Below are positions 46,514 through 56,784 of a stretch of 64,000 nt of DNA, piece by piece (position 1 is the stretch's first letter; each line of letters starts with the position of its first letter). The notes under the pieces are model-generated. The model was not told the DNA's origin. It did not search any database and saw only the letters and a list, made by a program, of their open reading frames with translations. Origin of the DNA: Nitrospira sp. (GTDB taxonomy: Bacteria; Nitrospirota; Nitrospiria; Nitrospirales; Nitrospiraceae); contig AP038806.1 in NCBI GenBank assembly GCA_047150005.1, positions 640,001 to 704,000 on the forward strand, written 5' to 3'. A program made the position numbers and the translations under genes.

Positions 46514-47812
46514 TCAGCAACAGGACTGCCGGTGAGGACCGCCGGAAGCGTACACGGCATGACCGGCCCAACCTTGCTCGCTCAGCAGTTGCACAGATAC
46601 GGGATCTCCAGGATTGAGTCGCTCCACATCCATCGGAACGTCGATCAGGCAATTGGCCTTGACCATGGAGGTCAGAATGCCGGATCCCTGGTCTCCCGTC
46701 GTCCAGACCTTGAAGACGCCGTTCTCATTCGTCAGCACCCCTCTGAGGAAATGGCGTCGATCCGTTCGTTTGGAAAACTTCTCTTGGAACAAGGCCCGCA
46801 CCATGGGACGTCCGTAGCTTCGATGGCCGCCCATTTTGAGCATCGCCGGCCGGACGAGTTGCTCGAACGTGACCATGGAAGATACCGGATTGCCCGGAAG
46901 CCCGAACGCGAGCTTACCCTGAATCTTCCCGAAGGCCAACGGCTGTCCCGGCTTGATCGCCAACTTCCAGAAATTCATCGCCGCGCCGAGGTCCTGGAAC
47001 ACGGCTTTCGTGAAATCATAGTCGCCCATCGACACACCGCCGGACAGCACCAGGATATCGGCCGTCAGCCCGTGCGAAATTTTTTCCTTCAGCGCGGCGG
47101 GGTTGTCCTTGGCGATGCCGAGCAGGAAGGGAATGCCTCCGGCGTCCTGCACCGCCGCGGCAATGCCGTAGCTGTTGGAATTGATAATTTTCTCTTCACT
47201 GTACCGCTCGTCCAGATCAGCCAGTTCGTCGCCGGTCGAGAGAATCGCCACCCGGGGCCGTTGATGGACGAAGACGAACGACTTGGCGAGGATGGCCAGC
47301 ATGCCCGCTTCGCCGGGCCGCACGGCGGTGCCTTTGGCGATGATCCGCTCGCCTTTCTTGACGTCCTCCCCTTGCGGACGGATGTTCGAGCCCTTGGGCT
47401 CGGGTTTGAAGACTCTGACGGAATCGGGAGCATGTTCGGTGTCCTCGACCTTCAGCACCGTGTCGGCCCCTTTGGGGACCGGCGCGCCGGTCATGATGCG
47501 GATGGCTTGGCCCGGCCCGACCGTCTTCGTCGGCATTTTCCCGGCCGGCACGTCTTCGATCACGCTCAGCGTCACGGGCTTGTCGATTGGATGCTCCCGC
47601 TTGATGTCGTCCCAACGAACGGCGAATCCGTCCATCGCGCTGTTGTCCCATGGCGGATTGTCGCGCTCGACGATGATGTCTTCGCCCAACACGCGTCCCA
47701 GCGTATCCAGCAGGGGAACCTTCTCCAACCCCAGCACCGGCGTGCTGTCCAGGACAATCTTTCGGGCATCTTCGAGCGGTGTCAGTCCCTGCATGGCGTC
47801 TGTGGCTTTCAT
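46514..47812 (-). CDS. moeA: Molybdopterin molybdotransferase
   Basis: NSAMDGFA, IMTGAPVP, STGDEL, GGVSMGDYD, GLPGNPVS. Confidence 0.95.
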   Translation of the reverse strand: MKATDAMQGLTPLEDARKIVLDSTPVLGLEKVPLLDTLGRVLGEDIIVERDNPPWDNSAMDGFAVRWDDIKREHPIDKPVTLSVIEDVPAGKMPTKTVGPGQAIRIMTGAPVPKGADTVLKVEDTEHAPDSVRVFKPEPKGSNIRPQGEDVKKGERIIAKGTAVRPGEAGMLAILAKSFVFVHQRPRVAILSTGDELADLDERYSEEKIINSNSYGIAAAVQDAGGIPFLLGIAKDNPAALKEKISHGLTADILVLSGGVSMGDYDFTKAVFQDLGAAMNFWKLAIKPGQPLAFGKIQGKLAFGLPGNPVSSMVTFEQLVRPAMLKMGGHRSYGRPMVRALFQEKFSKRTDRRHFLRGVLTNENGVFKVWTTGDQGSGILTSMVKANCLIDVPMDVERLNPGDPVSVQLLSEQGWAGHAVYASGGPHRQSCC

Positions 47813-47824
47813 GGGTGCGTCACG

Positions 47825-48778
47825 TCAATGGTGATGTCGCGGGGCGACGTTGACGAGCGAACCGCTCTTCTTGCAGAACGCTTCGACCTTGTTCGCGATC
47901 TCGTGATAGGCCTCGGCCGTCGGCGTATCCGAATAGAACATGGCAAATGGCTCTCCGGCATCCGACTGGGTGACCACGTCCGGGTCGAGCGGAATGCGCC
48001 CCAGAAACGGCACGCCCATATCCTGGGCCGAGGCCTCACCCCCGCCCTTTCGGAAAACCTCGATATGGTTGTGGCAGTGCGGACATTCGAGGCCGCTCAT
48101 GTTCTCGACGATGCCGACGATCGGCACTTCGCTGTCCTTACAGAACGTGACGGACTTGCGCGAATCCAGCAACGCCACTTCCTGCGGGGTCGTGATGATC
48201 ACCGCCCCGCTGACTTGGCCGAGGAGGTCGATAGTGGTCACGGATTCGTTGCCGGTACCGGGCGGCAGATCGATCAGGAGAAAGTTCAAATCCTGCCACT
48301 CCACCCCGCCGAGCAGCTGATTGATGAACTCGTATTTGTATGCGTCGCGCCAGATGATGGGATCGTCCGGATTCTGCAGGAGAAAGGACATCGACGCGAT
48401 CTTGAGATTGTAGGCTTGAAACGGAATGATGCCCCCCGACGTGCTGATCTTGAGTTTCTGCCCTTCGGCCCCGACCATCTTCGGGATGTTCGGCCCGTGA
48501 ATATCCATGTCGCAGATGCCCACATGCCAGCCTTTCAGCGCCAGGCTCACCGCGAGGTTGGTGGTGCAGGTGCTCTTGCCGACTCCGCCCTTATTGCTCA
48601 TGATAAGTACTTTGTATTCGATTCGCTCCATCCGCTTCGCGACGAGCCACCGACTGTGCCCTTCCTTGTCCTTCTGGCAGGACTCGTTTTCGTCGCAAAT
48701 CGCGCAGGCCCACATGTAGGTACAGGCATCGCTTCCGCCTGATGTGGGTGTTTGAATGATGTTCAGTTCACGAGGCAT
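47825..48778 (-). CDS. mrp: Mrp/NBP35 Fe-S cluster carrier ATPase
   Basis: KGGVGKST, DLPPGTG, TTPQEVA, ENMS..CPHC; N-terminal Cys cluster. Confidence 0.92.
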   Translation of the reverse strand: MPRELNIIQTPTSGGSDACTYMWACAICDENESCQKDKEGHSRWLVAKRMERIEYKVLIMSNKGGVGKSTCTTNLAVSLALKGWHVGICDMDIHGPNIPKMVGAEGQKLKISTSGGIIPFQAYNLKIASMSFLLQNPDDPIIWRDAYKYEFINQLLGGVEWQDLNFLLIDLPPGTGNESVTTIDLLGQVSGAVIITTPQEVALLDSRKSVTFCKDSEVPIVGIVENMSGLECPHCHNHIEVFRKGGGEASAQDMGVPFLGRIPLDPDVVTQSDAGEPFAMFYSDTPTAEAYHEIANKVEAFCKKSGSLVNVAPRHHH

Positions 48779-48811
48779 AATCTGTCGCCCTCTCTCGCGT
48801 GATTGCCGGTA

Positions 48812-49747
48812 TCAATGCCGCCTGCTGCCGGATGAAACCCCGACGTACTCGCCCCCTGACGCGCCAGACATGGCGGGAGCCATCGGCTTGCCGTGGCCGG
48901 ACCCCGCCGGCGCCGCCACTGCCCCCGTCTCCGCCGGAGCCGATTTCTTCTTGTTGAAAAACCCCGCGCTCACAATCCCGACTTCGTAAAAAACATACAT
49001 TGGGAGCGCCATCAAGCACTGATTGAAGGGATCGGGCGTGGGGGTCAAGATGGCCGCCACGATGAAGGCGCCCAGCAACGCCCATTTGCGGTAGCGCTTG
49101 AGGAACGGGGCGTCCACCCATCCCAACTTGGCCATGAGCGTGATCGCCAGCGGCACCTCGAAGATCAATCCGAACACCATCAAGAACCACAGCGCAAACC
49201 CCACGTACTGGGCGATCGACAGTTGCGGAATGAACCCTGCGTTCACCCCGTACGACACCAAGAAATTCAGCGCGAACGGCAGAACGAAGAAAAAAGAAAA
49301 TCCAACCCCGGCATAGAAGGCCAGCGTACTCAATACGGTAAACGGCCCCACGAAGCGCCGCTCCTGGGCATGGAGCCCCGGCACGACGAATTGCCAGACT
49401 TCGAACAAAATATAGGGGGTCGCGATCACCAGCGCGAAGAGACCCGCGACCTTCACGTTCTGCCACAGAGCCTCGGCCGGGGCCAGAAAGACGAACGGCA
49501 CCGTCGGCAGGTCGGTGGGCACCCAGGAGAGCGACCCGGGAACGAACATGTTCTGCAGCGGCACCCGAAGCCATTTCACGAGCGTGTCGGCATAGAAAAA
49601 CGTGCCGACGAACACCAGTGCCGTGACAATGACCGCCCGCGTGAGCCGGACTTGGAGCTCCACAAGGTGCTCCATGACCGGCATCTTTTTGTCTTCCAGC
49701 GGCTTAAAAACGGAGTCTTGCAGCCACCGATTGAGATCGTTTAGCAC
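48812..49747 (-). CDS. tatC: Twin-arginine translocase subunit TatC
   Basis: MEHLVEL..RL, FVVPGL..ER, FEVP, AILTPTPD. Confidence 0.95.
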   Translation of the reverse strand: MLNDLNRWLQDSVFKPLEDKKMPVMEHLVELQVRLTRAVIVTALVFVGTFFYADTLVKWLRVPLQNMFVPGSLSWVPTDLPTVPFVFLAPAEALWQNVKVAGLFALVIATPYILFEVWQFVVPGLHAQERRFVGPFTVLSTLAFYAGVGFSFFFVLPFALNFLVSYGVNAGFIPQLSIAQYVGFALWFLMVFGLIFEVPLAITLMAKLGWVDAPFLKRYRKWALLGAFIVAAILTPTPDPFNQCLMALPMYVFYEVGIVSAGFFNKKKSAPAETGAVAAPAGSGHGKPMAPAMSGASGGEYVGVSSGSRRH

Positions 49748-49813
49748 ACCGTCCTCAGCATTCGCCGGAAGCCAACCAGGAGGCTCCTCGGAAACCTCGC
49801 CGCTATTTCGGCC

Positions 49814-51310
<1,497 letters not shown>

Positions 51311-51517
51311 AACCAGGCTCCTCCAGAAGTTATAGGCGCGATTTAGTTGTGCCGAACGACCTTATTGTAGTCTAAGTATGGAACGAGATGAAAGGGGCCG
51401 ACCATGCTCCGGATCCTATTGTCTACTACTTTTATGGAGTAGTCGGAGAGGGGGTGTTTGAGGAACGACGAATTGACAACAGAGGGATTCCGGATCAACC
51501 CGATCTCCGTACAGGTG

Positions 51518-52375
51518 CTATGAGGTTTCGGGCACCTCCGCACCGGCGGCCTCCAACGACTCGATCCATGCCTTCTGAAGATTGAGTGTCATCCGCTTCG
51601 CAGCTTGGTCGAAAGAGACGACTCTCAGTGTGTTGGGCGCCCCTTCGTAGGTCGGAGGCCAAATGCGGCGTTCCGGATCTTGTGGACGCAGATAGATGAC
51701 CGGATACCACTGATTGATCCCCGGAGCCGTAGGTGAGTCCAGTGTCGCCCACCCTCGCCCCTCGGCTTGGATGAGAACGCGGTTGTTCTTCACATCCAGC
51801 AGCGCGAATTCCATCAACGACCAGTTGTCGCGTCGAAATCCCGGCTGCGCGTACGTGGTCCACCCCAGAAAGAGCGTCACGGGATACTCCTGTTCCGTAC
51901 TGGAGAGGATGACCAAGACGAGATAATCGAGCCCGCGTTTCTTCGCCAACTCGGCGAACTGGGCCCAATCTCCGTTCGGCTGAAGCCGAACGCCCTCGGG
52001 CGGGACCATCTCCTTGACCAACACGGGAATGGCCCGGCCGACTTCTTGTTTCAAGCTCTCACCCAGTCGAAGAACGGCCTCATCTGGCAAGGTCGGCGCC
52101 GCACCGGGATGCGCGGTATCCGAGACCAGAAGCAGCCCTGCCGGCACCGGCCTAGGCTCCAATCGGCCGAACACCCCCTCATCCGCTTTCAGATCCGACG
52201 ACAGATAGTCCCCGATACGCGACGGCGGCACAGACGACGCACAGGATGCGAGAAGCGCTGCACCGAGGACGGCGACCGAAATCCCTGTTGCGCCCCACTG
52301 CGGCAATCCCCACCTCCGTCGTACGGCTTCCTGGCGCGGTTCTCCCCCCGAAACAAACCATACGTTCGCTTCCAC
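51518..52375 (-). CDS. Hypothetical lipoprotein
   Basis: Lipobox LLASC; start uncertain. Confidence 0.6.
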   Translation of the reverse strand: MEANVWFVSGGEPRQEAVRRRWGLPQWGATGISVAVLGAALLASCASSVPPSRIGDYLSSDLKADEGVFGRLEPRPVPAGLLLVSDTAHPGAAPTLPDEAVLRLGESLKQEVGRAIPVLVKEMVPPEGVRLQPNGDWAQFAELAKKRGLDYLVLVILSSTEQEYPVTLFLGWTTYAQPGFRRDNWSLMEFALLDVKNNRVLIQAEGRGWATLDSPTAPGINQWYPVIYLRPQDPERRIWPPTYEGAPNTLRVVSFDQAAKRMTLNLQKAWIESLEAAGAEVPETS

Positions 52376-52516
52376 ATAGCCGAGCTGTCAAGTACGCATC
52401 CTGCCCCTTGTAATCGCGGCATGGCTCGGGTACGGTACCTCGCATCGAGAGTGCCCGCCGTCTCCATCCTTAGAAGAGCCGGTGGCATGATGTTGTTCCC
52501 GCTTCTCGTGGAATCT

Positions 52517-53305
52517 ATGCATCACTCGATCATCATCCCCGCCTATAACGAAGCCGGTCGAATCCTGCCGTACCTTCGACGAATTACGGACTATATGCGG
52601 GAGCGAGGGCGTCCCTATGAAGTGCTGGTAGTCGACGATGGGAGCACCGATGCAACCCCCTCGGCCGTCGGAGCCCTGTCGGTGTCCATACCGGAAATCA
52701 GCCTGCTTCGACTCCCCGATCGGCGTGGGAAAGGCGCCGCGGTCAGACGCGGCATGCAAGCCGCGACCGGACAGCTTCAATTGTTTGCCGACGCGGACGG
52801 GGCCACCCCTATTGAAGAGCTGCCCCGACTGGAACAGGCCATCGAACAGGGGGCCGACCTGGCCATCGGGTCGCGGGCTCTCGCGTCTCGGCTGCCGGGA
52901 TTTTCCGTCCGAGCGAAGTTGTACCGCACGATCCTCGGCAGCCTGTTCAACGCCGCCGTTCGACAGGGGGGCATTCGGGCCATTGCGGACACGCAATGCG
53001 GGTTCAAACTGTTCCGTCGGCCGGTGGCGCAAGACCTCTTCGCTGTGGCGACGATCGACGGCTACGGGTTGGATCTGGAGCTGCTCTATGTCGCGCAACG
53101 CCGGGGGTATCGGATGGCGGAGGTTCCGATCAACTGGGCCGATCAGCCGGGGTCGAAGGTCCGCGTCTGGCGCGACGGCTTCCTGATGATGCGGGACCTG
53201 GCTCGTGTCCGGCAGAACGACCGGAAGGGGCTCTACCGGACCACCTCCTTCGTCGAACCATTGGCCTCAGACCACCCCCGCCGTTTCGGCCTGCCTCTCA
53301 ATTAG
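52517..53305 (+). CDS. GT2 polyprenyl-phosphate glycosyltransferase (Alg5/DPM-like)
   Basis: SIIIPAYNE, VDDGSTD, GKGAAVR, DADG, DTQCGFKLF. Confidence 0.9.
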   Translation: MHHSIIIPAYNEAGRILPYLRRITDYMRERGRPYEVLVVDDGSTDATPSAVGALSVSIPEISLLRLPDRRGKGAAVRRGMQAATGQLQLFADADGATPIEELPRLEQAIEQGADLAIGSRALASRLPGFSVRAKLYRTILGSLFNAAVRQGGIRAIADTQCGFKLFRRPVAQDLFAVATIDGYGLDLELLYVAQRRGYRMAEVPINWADQPGSKVRVWRDGFLMMRDLARVRQNDRKGLYRTTSFVEPLASDHPRRFGLPLN

Positions 53306-53329
53306 CGAACGGCCCCGTTAGCCGTCTCC

Positions 53330-54892
53330 TTATGGCATGACATAGAGCGAGACTTTTTCGTCCTCGTAGACTCGAACCCACTTCGGCTCACGGTGCAACG
53401 CACGGTCCAACGACGTGTCGCGGCGCACCAGGGCCCAATCCACGGCGTACTTCTCAAGAACGGATAGATCGACCGGTTCACGCTGCGTGAGCGCGATGTA
53501 GTCCTGGAAGATGCGCCGGTCCCCGATCCGCCAGGCCGGCATGCGTCCATCGATGAAAATCTTATGTTCCGGCATCCACCAGAGCAGAAATCCGCCGTAG
53601 CCGTAATCATTGTAGAGTCTGGCACCAACTTGCGCAGGATGCGCCTTGATCCAGTCCACGGCCTCGATCGGATAAGAGGTCGTCCGAAAGTACCGAGCCG
53701 GCTCCGTCCCGGACCGGACCACGTGATGCAAATGGCCGGGCCCCTCCCAAATCAGCACAATCGCCGCGGCCACGGCCCCTGCCAACATGCCGCATCGTAT
53801 GGCCGGCCCGCCCGCGCCAAGCGACCGGTTCAATCGGTCGAATGCCGCGGCCGTCAGTTCGGCGGCAAGCGGCAGACTGATGATGAGAAACACCGGTATG
53901 TTCCGCATGTGCCGCAGGGAAAACCAGAGGAAGACCAGCCACACGGCCCACCGGACCGGTTCATGCCGACGGTACCAGCAGCACATCGCGACGCCCAGTA
54001 CGGCGAGATAGAGGGCATACCCGCGACCGGCCGTCGTCGCCAACGACAGGGGCTGCCACTCTTGCAACTCATCCACCATAAATTGGTTAGCCAAGGAATC
54101 GATAATTTCTCCGTGCAGCCGCCATCCGTACGGATTCACCAGCGTCACGAGGGCCGATGCCGCCGTCAGCAGGACCAGACGACGGAGATCCGCCTGGGCG
54201 AAGCTGGATTCATCGATTGGCCCGAATCGGGATGTCCATTTGGCACGGAGCAGTTGCATGAGCCACAGAGCAAGCGCGACGACGCTCATCAGCGCAAGAC
54301 CCAAGACAAATCCGCCGTGCAGGTTCGCCCACAGCAAAAACAGGAGCGGGATCCATCGCCACGAGGACCTTGCGGGACGCGACAGAAGACGGAGAAGGAC
54401 GGCGAGCCCAAGCCAGGAAACAAGCTGAGTACGCGCGCCCAGATAGGGAAGCGCAACCCAGACCGACAGGGTGGCGATGAACCAACGAGCGTACCGTGGG
54501 ACCGACGCGGTACCGGCGGCGATCAGCCACGCACCGGCCGCAATTGCCCCGAATAACACAATCACCCCCAACCCTCCGGCCCAGGATGCATACAGCGCAC
54601 CGATGGTCACGTCGGTCAACCACGCATGCTCCACCCAGGGCCAGTCCGGCATCGTATGGGAATAGGGATCCAAGGCGGGAAGCCTCAGTCCGCTACGGAG
54701 CAGATCGAGCCCGGTTCGCAAGTGCCAACCAAAATCCGGCTCGGTCAAGGGCTGAAGGCTCAAGTTGACGAGGAACAGCAACAACAGGGCGTTGAGCGCG
54801 AACGATGACTGGACGGCAACAGAATGTGCGTCCCGACCACCGGCAAGATCGGCCGCACGACCGGCCTCTTCCCGTGCGGAAGGATTCGGCAT
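53330..54892 (-). CDS. Polytopic membrane protein, probable GT-C glycosyltransferase
   Basis: EPDFGWHL after TM1, DPYSHT, LWANLHGGF, NPYG, FIDGR. Confidence 0.65.
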   Translation of the reverse strand: MPNPSAREEAGRAADLAGGRDAHSVAVQSSFALNALLLLFLVNLSLQPLTEPDFGWHLRTGLDLLRSGLRLPALDPYSHTMPDWPWVEHAWLTDVTIGALYASWAGGLGVIVLFGAIAAGAWLIAAGTASVPRYARWFIATLSVWVALPYLGARTQLVSWLGLAVLLRLLSRPARSSWRWIPLLFLLWANLHGGFVLGLALMSVVALALWLMQLLRAKWTSRFGPIDESSFAQADLRRLVLLTAASALVTLVNPYGWRLHGEIIDSLANQFMVDELQEWQPLSLATTAGRGYALYLAVLGVAMCCWYRRHEPVRWAVWLVFLWFSLRHMRNIPVFLIISLPLAAELTAAAFDRLNRSLGAGGPAIRCGMLAGAVAAAIVLIWEGPGHLHHVVRSGTEPARYFRTTSYPIEAVDWIKAHPAQVGARLYNDYGYGGFLLWWMPEHKIFIDGRMPAWRIGDRRIFQDYIALTQREPVDLSVLEKYAVDWALVRRDTSLDRALHREPKWVRVYEDEKVSLYVMP

Positions 54893-56635
54893 CTACCGCT
54901 CGGCGCCTGATGAAAAACCGGCGGAACGGCCCGGCCGTCTGGCGAGGAGATTTCCCATCACCAACCACTCCACCTCCGTTCGCAGAAAGCACCGAACGGC
55001 ATCCTCCGGCGTACAGACGATCGGTTCATTCACATTAAACGACGTGTTCAGGAGCACCGGGACTCCCGTCAGCCTGGCAAAGGCCTCAAGCAGAAGACGA
55101 TAGCGCGGATTCGCGTGTCTATCCACGGTTTGCACGCGTGCCGAGCCGTCAATGTGCAGGACCGCGGGAATGCGGTCCTTAGCCGAGGGAAGAACCGGCG
55201 CCGTAAACAGCATGAAGGGAGAAGATCCGGGAAGGTCGAAGTATTCGCCCGCCCGCTCCTCCAGGACCGCCGGAGCAAAGGGGCGAAACGGCTCCCGGTA
55301 TTTCACCTTGGCGTTGATCAGTTCCCGCACATCCTCGCGGCGGGGATCGGCCAGGAGACTTCGATTCCCCAACGCCCGCGGGCCGAATTCCATCCGATCC
55401 TGAAACCAGAACACCAATCGACCGCGCGCCAGTTCGCCCGCAACCGTGTCGCATAACTGTGCATCCGGCAACATGGTGACTTCCAAGCCCGCCGCTTCAA
55501 GCACGCTTCTGCAATCCCGATCCTCGTACCCGGGTCCCCAGGCAGCCGTCCGCATGACCGTCCGATGGGTGAGAAAGCCGCGCCGATGCGTCAGCCAGAG
55601 CGCCGCACCGAGCGCCGCGCCGGAATCGCCGGCTGCGGGCGGCACGTAGATCTCCTCGAATCCGGACTCGCGCCGGAGACGGCTGTTGGCCACGCAGTTG
55701 TACGCGACGCCTCCGGCCAGGCACAGTCGGGTCAGCCCCGTCATCCGCTTCAGATGCCGGGCCAGATGCAGCAACGTGTCTTCCAGCACGAGTTGCACGC
55801 TGGCCGCCATGTCTCGATGACGGTCCGTGACGGCCCCGCCGGGCAGCCGGGCCGGACCGAACAGTTCGAGAAATTCCGGAACGAAGATCCGCAGGCGTGC
55901 CAAATGGAAATCCAGCAGGTTCGTATTGAGACGAAATCCCCCCTCCGGCAGCAGCGACAGGATGCGGTCGCGAAGAGACCGGGCAAAGCCCGGCTTTCCG
56001 TATCCCGCCAATCCCATGACGATGTACTCGTCCTGATCCGGAACAAACCCCAGATACGCCGTCATGGCCGCATAGAATTGTCCGAGCGAATGGGGAAGCG
56101 GAATCCGGCCCAAGACATCAATGGTCCGCTCATCTGCCTGAGCGAAGGTGGTCGTGTGGGATTCCGACGCGCCGTCGGCGATCAGCACCGCCGTCTCCTT
56201 GAACGGCGAAACGAAGACGGCGCTGGCTGCGTGACAGAGGTGATGGTCGAGAAATACAGGATTCGGGCAAACCGTTCCGTCGATCTGCCGTGACAAGAGT
56301 CTTCGTAGGAAGATCAGTTCCTTCCATTCCTGACCGAGACGCTCGTAACTCCTCCTGGCCTTGACCCTGCGCAGCTCCGACGACTGCAGCATCCCGCGGA
56401 GCACGAGGGTCGCCCGACGTCCCACTTCCCAATATTTCCACGGCACCGCCACGGCGTCGACGTCGCGAAGTCGTGCGCCCGCCGTTTGGAGGCAGGATCG
56501 AACGGCATGAACCGGAAGCGCCGTGACGTGTTTGACGCGGACAAACCGCTCCTCCTCGGCCGCCGCGAGGATCCGGCCGTCCTCCGTCAGCGCCGCAGCG
56601 GCATCCCGCATGTTCGAAAGACCGAGTACCAGCAT
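54893..56635 (-). CDS. Carbamoyltransferase (NodU/CmcH family)
   Basis: EEERF.R.KH, HHLCHA, MGLAGYG, EFGPRALGNRS, RE.FRPFAP, LLNTSFN. Start trimmed to MLVLG. Confidence 0.92.
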   Translation of the reverse strand: MLVLGLSNMRDAAAALTEDGRILAAAEEERFVRVKHVTALPVHAVRSCLQTAGARLRDVDAVAVPWKYWEVGRRATLVLRGMLQSSELRRVKARRSYERLGQEWKELIFLRRLLSRQIDGTVCPNPVFLDHHLCHAASAVFVSPFKETAVLIADGASESHTTTFAQADERTIDVLGRIPLPHSLGQFYAAMTAYLGFVPDQDEYIVMGLAGYGKPGFARSLRDRILSLLPEGGFRLNTNLLDFHLARLRIFVPEFLELFGPARLPGGAVTDRHRDMAASVQLVLEDTLLHLARHLKRMTGLTRLCLAGGVAYNCVANSRLRRESGFEEIYVPPAAGDSGAALGAALWLTHRRGFLTHRTVMRTAAWGPGYEDRDCRSVLEAAGLEVTMLPDAQLCDTVAGELARGRLVFWFQDRMEFGPRALGNRSLLADPRREDVRELINAKVKYREPFRPFAPAVLEERAGEYFDLPGSSPFMLFTAPVLPSAKDRIPAVLHIDGSARVQTVDRHANPRYRLLLEAFARLTGVPVLLNTSFNVNEPIVCTPEDAVRCFLRTEVEWLVMGNLLARRPGRSAGFSSGAER

Positions 56636-56784
56636 TCCGAAGGCTCTTCTAAATCGATAGGCAGGCCCCGAATCCGCTGAAGCATATGCCGGAGCGACCG
56701 GCGCCCGCAAGAAGCCGGCTCCAGTTGCATTCACGGCAACATTTCGGTACGTTGCAGAACGTGACATGACATGCGCATGCCTTC

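Noticed and set aside
46532..48742. 736-aa plus-strand ORF
   Set aside because: Antisense to moeA and mrp; no motifs.
51767..52516. N-terminal 250-aa extension of the GT2 ORF
   Set aside because: Overlaps the opposite-strand lipoprotein gene; the GT2 domain begins at MHHSIIIPAYNE (52517).
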